DNA from: Oscillospiraceae bacterium
GTDB lineage: Bacteria; Bacillota; Clostridia; Oscillospirales; JAAYXM01
Assembly (NCBI GenBank): GCA_015067485.1
Contig: SVMJ01000007.1
Coordinates: 16,580 to 80,579, forward strand
Length of the DNA: 64,000 bases
Direction: 5' to 3'
Shown: positions 18,989-29,002 of the stretch, piece after piece
Layout of the letters: every line of letters begins with the position of its first letter
Numbering within the stretch: position 1 is the stretch's first letter
Notes under the pieces: model-generated
Database searches by the model: none
Seen by the model: the letters and a program-made list of their open reading frames with translations, nothing else
Told to the model about the DNA's origin: nothing
Made by a program: the position numbers and the translations under genes

Positions 18989-20668
18989 CTATGCTTTTTT
19001 CTTCGCCCAGGAATCTTTCAGCGAGACCGTGCGGTTGAATACCAAGCGGTCTGCACTTGAGTTCTTGGAATCCGGACAGAAATAGCCCATACGCAAGAAC
19101 TGGAATCGGTCACCGAGTACCGCTTCTTTCAGAAAGGGTTCACACTTACAGTTTTCGAGAATCTTCAAGGATTCCGGATTCAGATGATCGGTGAAACTGC
19201 CACCTTCCGGAACATCGCCCGGGTTTTCGACTGCGAACAGGTTTTCATAGAAACGGACTTCCGCATCCACCGCATGGCGGGCAGAAACCCAATGGATGGT
19301 GCCTTTGACACGGCGCCCGTCCGGAGTTCCGCCACCGCGGGATTCGGGGTCATACGTTGCATGAACCGCGATGACTTTACCGTTTTCGTCTTTTTCACAA
19401 CCGGTGCAGGTAACATAGTACGCGTATTTCAGGCGCACTTCGTTACCCGGGAACAGGCGGAAATAGCCCTTGACAGGTTCTTCCATAAAGTCATCTGCTT
19501 CGATATAGAGTTCCTTGGAAAACGGAACGGTATGACTGCCTGCAGATTCATCGTTCGGATTGTTCTGCGCGTCAAATTCTTCCACAAGGTCTTCGGGGTA
19601 GTTATCGATGATGAGTTTGATGGGGTCAAGCACCGCCATCGCACGGGTTGCGTGATCGTTGAGATCTTCGCGGATGCAATGTTCCAGGAAGGAGTAGTCT
19701 ACGATACTGTAAGTTTTCGCAACACCGATGCGTTCGCAGAAGTTGCGGATGGAAAGCGGGGTATAACCGCGGCGGCGCAGACCCGACAGAGTGGGCATAC
19801 GCGGATCGTCCCAACCGTCCACATGACCTTCTTCCACCAGTTGGCGCAGATAGCGTTTGCTCATCACGGTATGGGTCAGGTTGAGACGAGAGAATTCGAT
19901 CTGACGCGGCGGCTGCTGGAAGCCTAAGTTTTCGACCACCCAGTTATAGAGCGGGCGGTGATTTTCAAATTCAATCGAGCACAGAGAATGCGTAATTCCT
20001 TCCAGCGCATCCTGAATGGGGTGTGCAAAGTCATAAAGCGGATAGATGCACCACTTGTTGCCCTGGCGATGATGCTCCGCGCGGACGATGCGGTAGATCG
20101 CCGGGTCACGCATGTTCATATTGGACGAGGACATATCGATCTTGGCGCGCAAAGTATGCGAACCGTCCGGGAATTCCCCGTTTTTCATCGCTTCAAAGAG
20201 TTTCAGGTTCTCTTCCACACTACGGTCACGGTACGGACTGTTCTTGCCCGGCTCGGTGAGCGTGCCACGGTACTGACTCATTTCTTCCGCAGACAAATCG
20301 CAGACGTATGCCTTGCCGTCGCGAATCAGCTTGCAAGCAAATTCATAGCACTGCGGGAAATAATCCGAGCCGTAGAAGATGCCACCGGTGGGTTCTGCGC
20401 CAAGCCAGCGCAGATCTTCTTCGATGGAGCGGACGTACTCATCGTCTTCACGAACCGGGTTGGTATCATCATAGCGAAGGTTGAAGGAACCATTGTATTT
20501 CTGCGCGGTACCTGCGCTGATCCAAATCGCTTTCGCACTACCGATATGCAGGTATCCGTTCGGCTCCGGTGGAAAACGGGTGTGGATGGGGGTACGGCAC
20601 GCACCTGTTTCCAGATCCTGATCGATCGCTTCATAAATAAAGTTATTGTTGGTGTTGATTGTATCCAT
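18989..20668 (-). CDS. glnS: Glutamine--tRNA ligase
   Basis: [16 protein letters not shown] and VMSKR motifs. ATG 20668 follows a GGAGG RBS. The 62-codon ORF-track extension is rejected. Confidence 0.92.
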   Translation of the reverse strand: MDTINTNNNFIYEAIDQDLETGACRTPIHTRFPPEPNGYLHIGSAKAIWISAGTAQKYNGSFNLRYDDTNPVREDDEYVRSIEEDLRWLGAEPTGGIFYGSDYFPQCYEFACKLIRDGKAYVCDLSAEEMSQYRGTLTEPGKNSPYRDRSVEENLKLFEAMKNGEFPDGSHTLRAKIDMSSSNMNMRDPAIYRIVRAEHHRQGNKWCIYPLYDFAHPIQDALEGITHSLCSIEFENHRPLYNWVVENLGFQQPPRQIEFSRLNLTHTVMSKRYLRQLVEEGHVDGWDDPRMPTLSGLRRRGYTPLSIRNFCERIGVAKTYSIVDYSFLEHCIREDLNDHATRAMAVLDPIKLIIDNYPEDLVEEFDAQNNPNDESAGSHTVPFSKELYIEADDFMEEPVKGYFRLFPGNEVRLKYAYYVTCTGCEKDENGKVIAVHATYDPESRGGGTPDGRRVKGTIHWVSARHAVDAEVRFYENLFAVENPGDVPEGGSFTDHLNPESLKILENCKCEPFLKEAVLGDRFQFLRMGYFCPDSKNSSADRLVFNRTVSLKDSWAKKKA

Positions 20669-20819
20669 AGTTACGCCTCCGTTCTCATTGTTATATTTTA
20701 CCACAACCGGAACACAATACTCAAGAGGAAATTCATGTTTGATGCTTCTTTTTGCACAAATTTGCGGTGTCCGACTCTCATGTTTCGGCATAAGATGCCT
20801 TTGAAAGGGTGTCTTTTGC

Positions 20820-21356
20820 ATGTCGGCATTTGTTTTACTCGCGATCGCACTCAATCTCGATGCGCTTGCGATCGGTGTTTCCTATGCAATTCGCAACATT
20901 AAAATCCCAAAACGCTCGCTGCTTTTCATCTCGCTTCTCTCGGTGGTGTATACCGCGCTTGCAAGTGTACTCGGCGATGTGCTCGCCGAGTGGCTTCCAC
21001 CGTATCTTGGGGGCATTTTTCTGCTCGGTTTGGGACTTTATACACTTATCTCCGCGTTCTTCACTTCCACGGATTTTGATTTTGATGCGTCCAAAACCAT
21101 TGACATACGGGAAGCCGCTGCACTCTCGCTTGCGCTCTCGCTGGATGCGGGAGGCGCTTCTCTCTCGTTTTCGTTGTGCGACGGTTTCTCCCTGTTGCTT
21201 CCCATTACCATCGGGTTTTGCCAACTTGTCTTTCTGTCTATCGGCAAAAAAATCGGCGCACGCATCTCCTTCCGAACGGAAGAAAACACGCGCGCACTTC
21301 ATTTGATTTCGGGTACGATGCTTACGCTTTTTGGGGTTCTTCGTCTTGTTCTTTGA
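20820..21356 (+). CDS. ytaF: Sporulation membrane protein YtaF (MntP/DUF204-repeat family)
   Basis: Two DUF204-like repeats ([13 protein letters not shown] and [11 protein letters not shown]) and a six-TM profile. Confidence 0.7.
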   Translation: MSAFVLLAIALNLDALAIGVSYAIRNIKIPKRSLLFISLLSVVYTALASVLGDVLAEWLPPYLGGIFLLGLGLYTLISAFFTSTDFDFDASKTIDIREAAALSLALSLDAGGASLSFSLCDGFSLLLPITIGFCQLVFLSIGKKIGARISFRTEENTRALHLISGTMLTLFGVLRLVL

Positions 21357-22221
21357 GCAGAAGCTCGATATCTTCGTGGGTGAATTTGTAAACCTCGTCG
21401 CAGAACTGGCAACTGATTTCGGCATCCCCTTGTTCTTTGAGAATGCGCTCGAGCTCTTCACGCCCCAGGCTGAGCAGTACTTCTCGTACGCGCTCGCGGG
21501 TACAGAAGCAACGGTATCCCACTTCTTCTTCGCTTAAGAAGTTACATTCAAATCCGTCAAGTACCTTTGTCATCATTTCGTGTAACGTATAGCCCTGATC
21601 CAAATAAGTGGTAACAGGCTTTGCGCGTGCGATGCATCCTTCCAGTTTGGTGATAACTTCATCACTTGTCCCCGGAAGCAGCGAGATGATATAGCCACCC
21701 GCGCGCTTGATAGAGAAGTCGCGATCCACCAACACGCCCAGCGCACACGCGGACGGAACTTGTTCACTTTCCGCAAGATATGCGGTGATATCTTCCGCAA
21801 TCTCGCCACTACGCAGTTCCACCTGCCCGACATACGGGTCTTTGAGCCCGATGTCTTTGATGACGGTAAGACCTCCGTTTGTCCCGACTGCTGCCGCAAC
21901 ATCCAACTTCCCGTCCGGGCGGAGCGGAAGGTCAATGAGCGGGCGCTGGCAGTAGCCGCGTACATATCCGTTTTCGTCGGATACTACCACGATGCTGCCA
22001 AGCGGACCGCCACCGTTGATACGGATGGTCAGCGAGTTCCCTTCGGTTTTTAAGTCATTTCCCAAAAGCGATGCCGCAAGCAGGGTTCTCCCCAATGCCG
22101 CAGATGCCACGGGCGATGTATTGTGAATTTCCCGAGCACGCTGGACGAGTCCCCGTCCGTTGATCGCAGAAAAGCGGATTGCGCCGTTTCCTGCGGTACC
22201 GCGCAAAATTTGGTCTTTCAT
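21322..22221 (-). CDS. hslO: Redox-regulated chaperone Hsp33
   Basis: Hsp33 core plus a C-terminal zinc centre, CFCTRERV...CQFCDEVY. Confidence 0.92.
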   Translation of the reverse strand: MKDQILRGTAGNGAIRFSAINGRGLVQRAREIHNTSPVASAALGRTLLAASLLGNDLKTEGNSLTIRINGGGPLGSIVVVSDENGYVRGYCQRPLIDLPLRPDGKLDVAAAVGTNGGLTVIKDIGLKDPYVGQVELRSGEIAEDITAYLAESEQVPSACALGVLVDRDFSIKRAGGYIISLLPGTSDEVITKLEGCIARAKPVTTYLDQGYTLHEMMTKVLDGFECNFLSEEEVGYRCFCTRERVREVLLSLGREELERILKEQGDAEISCQFCDEVYKFTHEDIELLLKEQDEEPQKA

Positions 22222-22967
22222 TCCTGATTTCTCCTTGCCACATAAAAGATGCGCATACTGTCGCCACTCGCCGGCAGTACGCTGAGTTCATCATAAGTCG
22301 CCTCTAAAGTAAAACCGTTTTGCTCCAAAGCGGCGGTGATTTCCTGAGTTGAAAATGCATATTCTTCATGCTCTTCACGACTGCGTGTCCAAACCGCACC
22401 ATCTCTTCTAAACAGGTTCATTCCCATCCAGCAGTATTTGGATCCTTCGTCATACGCTGCGCTCCAGATGCACACATTGTCGTCATCTTCGCGCAGGAAG
22501 TTTTCCCCGTCGATGGCACGAAACTTGGTTTCGGTGTTCACATCAAACACGAAAAGCCCGCCGGGACGCACAAAGAATTTGAGCCGTGCGAGAGTTTCAT
22601 CCAGCGCTTCGGGACCGTCCAGATAACTGATACTGTCGAGGCTCGAAACCGCCGCATCCACCGTGCCGTAAAGGTCGAGTTCTTCCATCTCCTGACATAA
22701 GAAAAGAGGTGGAATCTTCTCGCAAGCGGACGCTTTCGCTTGCGCCTGCGCCAGCATCTCGGGCGATGCGTCTACCCCGATCACTTCATATCCGCGGTTT
22801 GAGAGCAAAACCGAGAGCGAACCCGTGCCGCAGCCCAAATCCAAAACGGATTCCACCGCGGTTTCATGTTTCTCAAACACGGTTTCAAAGAAGTCTGCCC
22901 ACTTTGGATAACAAACATCATCGGTGAAAGCATCGTAACAGCCTGCCAATCCTTGATATTGACTCAT
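22218..22967 (-). CDS. Class I SAM-dependent methyltransferase
   Basis: VLDLGCGTGSLS motif I. ATG 22967 overlaps the yerC stop as ATGA. Confidence 0.85.
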   Translation of the reverse strand: MSQYQGLAGCYDAFTDDVCYPKWADFFETVFEKHETAVESVLDLGCGTGSLSVLLSNRGYEVIGVDASPEMLAQAQAKASACEKIPPLFLCQEMEELDLYGTVDAAVSSLDSISYLDGPEALDETLARLKFFVRPGGLFVFDVNTETKFRAIDGENFLREDDDNVCIWSAAYDEGSKYCWMGMNLFRRDGAVWTRSREEHEEYAFSTQEITAALEQNGFTLEATYDELSVLPASGDSMRIFYVARRNQE

Positions 22968-23251
22968 TTCCCCAGTCGCTCCAATACACACTTGTACCCA
23001 TCACTGCCGTATGCCAGGGCGCGATTGACACGACTGATGGTCGCGGTAGACGCACCTGTTTGTGCCACAATTTCGGAATACAGCATTCCCTGTGAAAGCA
23101 TTTTCGCCACGTGGAGCCGCTGGATCATCGCCTGCAACTCTTTGATGGTACACAAATCTTCAAAAAAACTGCAGCATTCTTCCGCATTTTCAAGCGACAA
23201 AATCGCGCGGAAAAATTCTTCTGCGTTTTGGTCCTGTAATTTAAATGCCAT
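22964..23251 (-). CDS. yerC: TrpR-like YerC/YecD family protein
   Basis: LCTIKELQAMIQRLHVAKML..G..YSEI...TGASTATISRVNRAL is diagnostic of YerC/YecD. Confidence 0.85.
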   Translation of the reverse strand: MAFKLQDQNAEEFFRAILSLENAEECCSFFEDLCTIKELQAMIQRLHVAKMLSQGMLYSEIVAQTGASTATISRVNRALAYGSDGYKCVLERLGK

Positions 23252-23532
23252 ACGATCACCTCATTTGACTTACATCCTTTCGTATTTTAGCACACTAAAC
23301 TGTAAAAGTAAAGTCTTCTTGCAATTTTTTCTTTTTTCAAATTCTATTCATAATCTATTCACAATCTCTTGTTATACTAAGTTCGTAAAATGAATTTGTG
23401 CCGCCCGTGCCGTCTCCCCTGAACCACTTTTACACACCATCCCCTTTCTACTATATACCCCTTTCGACGGTGCGGTCGGGACAAATCCATTTTGTCCGAG
23501 CCCTTTCTTTAGACCCCCATAAAATCATTCTT

Positions 23533-23614
23533 CCTAAAAGCAGAGCGGCAGTCGTTTCCGACTGTCGCTCTGCTTTTAGGCAAAAAAGAAGCGCGAGCAT
23601 TTTGCTCGCGCTTC
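23533..23614 (-). terminator. Tandem Rho-independent terminators downstream of gap
   Basis: Hairpin 1: GAAGCGCGAGCA / GCTCGCGCTTC (23588-23614), with a U-run on the minus strand. Hairpin 2: a 22-bp stem spanning 23533-23580. Confidence 0.75.
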
Positions 23615-23628
23615 TCAAGTTTCACAAC

Positions 23629-24651
<1,023 letters not shown>

Positions 24652-24755
24652 CTATTTTTTGTTTGCTGATGTATAGTATATAACATTGTTTTGGTTTTTA
24701 CAAGTATTGTTTGCAAAAAATTTTCCATATTTTTTCAGAATTCTTTGTGTAATTC

Positions 24756-24784
24756 TTGTAAAATTCGCCAAATCGTCGTATAAT
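24756..24784 (+). promoter_or_regulatory. Sigma-A promoter: TTGTAA, 17 nt, TATAAT
   Basis: TTGTAA at 24756-24761, 17-nt spacer, TATAAT at 24779-24784. It lies 36 nt upstream of the 24820 start, which has an AAGGAG RBS. Confidence 0.55.
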
Positions 24785-24819
24785 ATCACGAAATTGCTAT
24801 TACATACAAGGAGTTTTTT

Positions 24820-25857
24820 ATGTCTGTGTCATTACTTACGCAGTTTTCTGCACTTACCGAATCGGTGTTCCGCCATTCACCGCAAGCGGTGCTCGCAATC
24901 AGCGACACCAAGGTTACATACGCAAACCGTGCCGCAATTGATTTACTCGGGATCAACCCGACAGGACTCCCGCACATCAACTATGTGGATGCGGCGTTTG
25001 CCACACTTCTCAGCAACCGCCAGTCCCATGAAATCCCCAAAACACGGAGAGTGAAGTTTTTCGATCATTATTACGACATCTTACCGCTTCTCTGTCATGA
25101 AACCTTGCTGTTGTTTCTGTATCCGCCCCATGCGATTTATGACAAAGCAGATCTTCTGCGTGATACAGTTTTGCTTTCCAAGGCGCTCTGTAAAACCGCA
25201 ACACAAGCGTTTGACGACAATGATCCCAAAACGCTGAAAGCGACATTGTTCCAAAGTAATCTTGCAATTGAAACATTGGAATATGCGTGTAATGCATCTT
25301 TGTCCGGTTATGATTTCATTTCTCTCTTCGAATATGCAATGAGTTCGTTTTCCGATCTGTCAGAACGTGAGTTTCTCACCATGTCGATTACGCGAGGCAA
25401 CACCACTCCTATAGTCGCGTTGGACAATCGCCTGATGCACGCGGCATTGGTGGGAACTATATTTGATTTGTTGCGCCTGTCTGCAGATCACGATGTTCTT
25501 TCGGTCTCTTGTACCAATTCCAAAACCGAAGTAACTCTCACGTTTTCCTGTGAGCATACAAAATTCCCGAAAGAGTTGGAAACTCTTTTATTTGGTGAGG
25601 CGAAAGATTTGGCGGTTGAACTCCTGCAAAAGCACGGCACTTCTCTGTTCCTTTCCAAGCGCATCTTTGCACTCCACAATGCGAAATTTCAAATTGAAAA
25701 TTCAAACACGGGTTTCAAACTTGCACTTTCCTTCCCGTGTGCGATCCAACCGCCCAAACTCTATATGGGTGGTACACTTCGCACAGATTTCCCCACTCCG
25801 TTTTCTCTTCCGCGCGAAACCATCCATGCGTTTTTCTTAAATTCCGAAAAAGCGTAA
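24820..25857 (+). CDS. Cytoplasmic PAS-domain protein with a degenerate histidine-kinase-like C-terminal half
   Basis: PAS-like N-terminus (FRHSPQAVLAISDTKVTYANRAAIDLLG). A DHp-like helix has LLSKALCKT where SHELRTP is expected. The CA-like region lacks the N, G1 and G2 boxes. No TM segments. Confidence 0.55.
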   Translation: MSVSLLTQFSALTESVFRHSPQAVLAISDTKVTYANRAAIDLLGINPTGLPHINYVDAAFATLLSNRQSHEIPKTRRVKFFDHYYDILPLLCHETLLLFLYPPHAIYDKADLLRDTVLLSKALCKTATQAFDDNDPKTLKATLFQSNLAIETLEYACNASLSGYDFISLFEYAMSSFSDLSEREFLTMSITRGNTTPIVALDNRLMHAALVGTIFDLLRLSADHDVLSVSCTNSKTEVTLTFSCEHTKFPKELETLLFGEAKDLAVELLQKHGTSLFLSKRIFALHNAKFQIENSNTGFKLALSFPCAIQPPKLYMGGTLRTDFPTPFSLPRETIHAFFLNSEKA

Positions 25858-26598
25858 TCCATTCTCGGTCGTGATACGAGCGACTTCTTCTATGTCCATC
25901 CCCCACAGCTGGGCAAGTCTTTTTGCAACTTCGGGGACGTGTTGCGGTGTATTGCGTTTCCCGCGGTACGGAATCGGCGCAAGATACGGACAGTCGGTTT
26001 CGATCATCACGCGGTCACGCGGTGCCCACTGTGCAACAGTCGGTGCCGCTTTTGCGTTTTTGAACGTCAAAACGCCCGTAAACGAGAGATAGAACCCAAG
26101 ACGAATCAAGTTCTTCGCAAACTCCAAACTGCCCGAATAGCAATGAAATACCACTTTCAGGTCGGTATAGTCGCGCAAAATGTTCAGGCAATCTTCATGC
26201 GCATCACGGTCATGCACAATGACGGGAAATTTGAGTTCCCGTGCAAGGTCTAATTGTGCACGAAACACGTTCTTTTGTACATCGCGCGAAACATCATCAT
26301 AGTAGTAATCCAGCCCGATCTCACCGATCGCGCAGATTTTTTCTTCTTTTGCGAGTTTGCGCAAGTTTTCAATGTCCCGCTCGCCACAGAATCTGTCTGC
26401 GGCTTCGGGATGCACCCCCACCGCCCCATAGATTTCCGGGTATGCACGGGTGAGTGCAACGGTTCGAGCGCATGAGTCCATATCGCACGATGCGTTTACC
26501 ACGCGGGTAACATTTGCCGCGCGAAATGCGGCAACCACATCGGGTAAGTCCGCTTCAAATTGACGGTCGTCCAGATGTGCATGGGTATCGAAAAACAT
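25837..26598 (-). CDS. tatD: TatD family metal-dependent hydrolase
   Basis: MFFDTHAHLDD, GEIGLDYY and IETDCPYL motifs. Confidence 0.92.
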   Translation of the reverse strand: MFFDTHAHLDDRQFEADLPDVVAAFRAANVTRVVNASCDMDSCARTVALTRAYPEIYGAVGVHPEAADRFCGERDIENLRKLAKEEKICAIGEIGLDYYYDDVSRDVQKNVFRAQLDLARELKFPVIVHDRDAHEDCLNILRDYTDLKVVFHCYSGSLEFAKNLIRLGFYLSFTGVLTFKNAKAAPTVAQWAPRDRVMIETDCPYLAPIPYRGKRNTPQHVPEVAKRLAQLWGMDIEEVARITTENGLRFFGI

Positions 26599-26646
26599 TT
26601 ATTTCACCTCAAAAAGAGCCGCACAAGATTCCTTGTGCGGTATTTT

Positions 26647-26991
26647 TTACTTTACCACGACTGCAAGCAGTATGGTGGGTTCGTCGGTATGATTGTATAG
26701 CGCGTGGCGTTCGCTGTTCGAAGTCCACATCGCATCGCCGGCAGCAAGTTCCACCTGTTCACCGTTATCATTTGCCATTGCTTTTCCGCTGAGGATAACA
26801 TAGAGTTCCGCATCTTCTACATGGTCATGTTCTCCGATGCCGGACTTAGGAGCGAGTGTGATCTGTGCCGCCATACTGCAATGCCGAGCCGCGTCATCTG
26901 CGCCGATGTAAAACTTGAGTTCAGCACTTCCTGCGCCGCCGCGCAGTCCTTCTTTTGTCTGCGATTCCAATTCATTTGCCTTGCGAATCAT
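26647..26991 (-). CDS. Cupin domain protein
   Basis: GEHDHVEDAELYVILSG...GDAMWTSNSERHAL are the two cupin motifs. Confidence 0.8.
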   Translation of the reverse strand: MIRKANELESQTKEGLRGGAGSAELKFYIGADDAARHCSMAAQITLAPKSGIGEHDHVEDAELYVILSGKAMANDNGEQVELAAGDAMWTSNSERHALYNHTDEPTILLAVVVK

Positions 26992-27004
26992 TGAAAATCC
27001 CCCT

Positions 27005-28276
27005 TTAACCGCCGATACGGCTTCTGCCGCCTCCTGTGGTTTTTACACGGTAAATACGGTTTGCATCGTCGTTGTTTCGGTAATAGACCCAGTCATCATG
27101 GAGCGCAAAATATCCTGCGCGGTCATCACAGAGTTTGGTGACCTTGCCGTCTTCCAAATCCATGCGATACGGCTTTCCGCCCACCGTCATATCCGCGAAA
27201 TACAAGGATCCATCGTAATAATTCAGGTGCGACACGTGTTTGTCATAAACACGCTGATAGGTTGCGTTTGCATTATCGGGATCAACCGAGTAGAGTTTCC
27301 CGTCGTCTGCCCAGTTGATGAAATAGACGATGCCATGGTGCACATTCGGGCGCATGGACTGGTCGTTGTTGACCTGGTCAAGCCCTTCCCCGTTGATTTT
27401 GATGCGGTAAATGCAAGATTCCTGGTCTTTTGCGGTAAAGTAAAGCCACGCGCCGTACTGGTACAAATCTTCTGCCGCCATGTCGCAAACCACTTTGGGA
27501 TCTTTACCTTCCATGTCAACGCTGTAAATCTTGCACTCCGCTGCCCAGTTGACAAAATAAATGCGTTCATCAAAAACGATGTAGTTCATCGACATCATCG
27601 GAAGAAAAACTTTCAGATCGCTTCCGTCTTTTCCAAGTGTGCAACCGTAATAGTTGTTCGAAGCATCACAATAAATAATTTTGTCGCCCACTACGTTGAT
27701 AAACTGCGCTTCACTTTCGGTGAGTTTCTTCTTGTCGTTGCCGTCAAGATCCATGGAATACAGACGTTCACCGTCGCGCGGCTCGCTGTAGAAGATGCGA
27801 TCTCCATCCACAACCAAACGTCCTTCGCTTAAGGTGTTCCCCATCGTGCCGTACTGTGCAACGTAACCGGGGAATCCGCGATCTTCCAGTTCGTTCTCCA
27901 CCGTTACTTTACAGGTATTCTCGCCCAAATCGGACACGAACAGCACCGCCTCAGCGTACATTTTCTGTACTTCATATGCTTCCACCATGGCAAGCACGAT
28001 GGATTTAGACATTGGAAGCAGCCCTACCGCTTTGTCTGCTACTTCGCGCGCCTTTTCAATTTTGCCCGCATCCCCGTACGCACGGATGAGCCCTGCATTC
28101 GCCTCTTCATTTTGCGGTGCAGTTTTGAGAATTTGCTCATATTCTTCAATGCTCTTTTTTGCCTGCACAACCTGTTCGTCTTTCGGTGCGAACACACCGA
28201 CTTGCCAAAGCACTACCCCTGCGATCAGGATGACTGCAAGTGCGAGAGCACTCCATAAAATTACTTTCTTTTTCAC
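27005..28276 (-). CDS. Membrane-anchored DUF5050-type beta-propeller repeat protein
   Basis: N-terminal TM anchor and a TPR-like segment. Repeated units resemble IYF.N....KLYSVD..G (DRIFYSEPRDGERLYSMDLDG, IYFVNWAAECKIYSVDMEG, YFINWADDGKLYSVDPDN, LYFADMTVGGKPYRMDLEDG). Confidence 0.65.
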   Translation of the reverse strand: MKKKVILWSALALAVILIAGVVLWQVGVFAPKDEQVVQAKKSIEEYEQILKTAPQNEEANAGLIRAYGDAGKIEKAREVADKAVGLLPMSKSIVLAMVEAYEVQKMYAEAVLFVSDLGENTCKVTVENELEDRGFPGYVAQYGTMGNTLSEGRLVVDGDRIFYSEPRDGERLYSMDLDGNDKKKLTESEAQFINVVGDKIIYCDASNNYYGCTLGKDGSDLKVFLPMMSMNYIVFDERIYFVNWAAECKIYSVDMEGKDPKVVCDMAAEDLYQYGAWLYFTAKDQESCIYRIKINGEGLDQVNNDQSMRPNVHHGIVYFINWADDGKLYSVDPDNANATYQRVYDKHVSHLNYYDGSLYFADMTVGGKPYRMDLEDGKVTKLCDDRAGYFALHDDWVYYRNNDDANRIYRVKTTGGGRSRIGG

Positions 28277-28418
28277 AAATAATTCCTACCTTTCCTTGTA
28301 GTCTTTTCTATTTTACACGAATCTCGCAAGATTCTCAAGTCAGATTCGGAAAAATCATACTTTTCAAGCGGTGTTTTTTGTGTTACACTAAAGTAGAGAT
28401 ACCGAAGGGAGGTTTTTT

Positions 28419-28961
28419 ATGGATCGACATGGTTTTATCCGCACCGAACTCGAACTGAAAACCTTGATTTTATATGCGCTCAGCCGCACCGAACTTTCCA
28501 TCCCGTTTGCAGATCTGACCGATGTGGTGCTGTGTGACGGAGCAATCGGATATTTTGAATACGCATCCGCGCTCAGCGACCTTGCGGCAAGCGGGCACGT
28601 GATCTGCGAAGGTACCGAGCAGAGCGAGACTTACACGCTCTCGTCCCGCGGAAAAGCTGATTTGGAAACCTGCGTGAGCGCTATTCCCGCATCGGTTCGT
28701 GCGCGCGTGGATGCCGCGATGCAGGAACTTCTCCCAAAACTGCAGCGCTATCATCTGATCGAAACCTCGGTGGTCATCAAAGATGTGGATCGGCTCTCCG
28801 CCATTTGCCGACTCAAAGACGACATCGGTGAAGTGTTCAGCTTTGAACTCACCGTTCCAAACAAAGAATCCGCCGCGGAAGTCGCAAACCGATTCCGCGC
28901 AAATGCGGAATCCATCTACAACAAGTTCTTGGCGTACTTACTCGGCATGGAAGATGAATAA
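28419..28961 (+). CDS. DUF4364 family protein
   Basis: 180 aa with a winged-helix-like N-terminus (ELKTLILYALSR...). The family call rests on remembered sequence pattern only. Confidence 0.5.
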   Translation: MDRHGFIRTELELKTLILYALSRTELSIPFADLTDVVLCDGAIGYFEYASALSDLAASGHVICEGTEQSETYTLSSRGKADLETCVSAIPASVRARVDAAMQELLPKLQRYHLIETSVVIKDVDRLSAICRLKDDIGEVFSFELTVPNKESAAEVANRFRANAESIYNKFLAYLLGMEDE

Positions 28962-29001
28962 AAATGAATCCCGGAAGGAAATCCTTCCGGGATTCATTTT
29001 T
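28961..29001. terminator. Bidirectional terminator (DUF4364 gene / parC-like gene)
   Basis: 18-bp perfect stem AAAATGAATCCCGGAAGG / CCTTCCGGGATTCATTTT with an AAAT loop. Confidence 0.8.
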
Positions 29002-29002
29002 A

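Noticed and set aside
16858-19038. Plus-strand ORFs of 338 and 363 aa (16858-17874 and 17947-19038).
   Set aside because: Antisense shadows of trmB and gltX, both of which carry diagnostic class signatures.
20669-20854. 62-codon N-terminal extension of the glnS ORF, and a possible T-box leader upstream of glnS-gltX.
   Set aside because: ATG 20668 has a GGAGG RBS and gives the canonical GlnS N-terminus. The 150-nt upstream region lacks the T-box sequence (AGGGTGGTACCGCG-like) and a specifier-loop architecture, and is too short.
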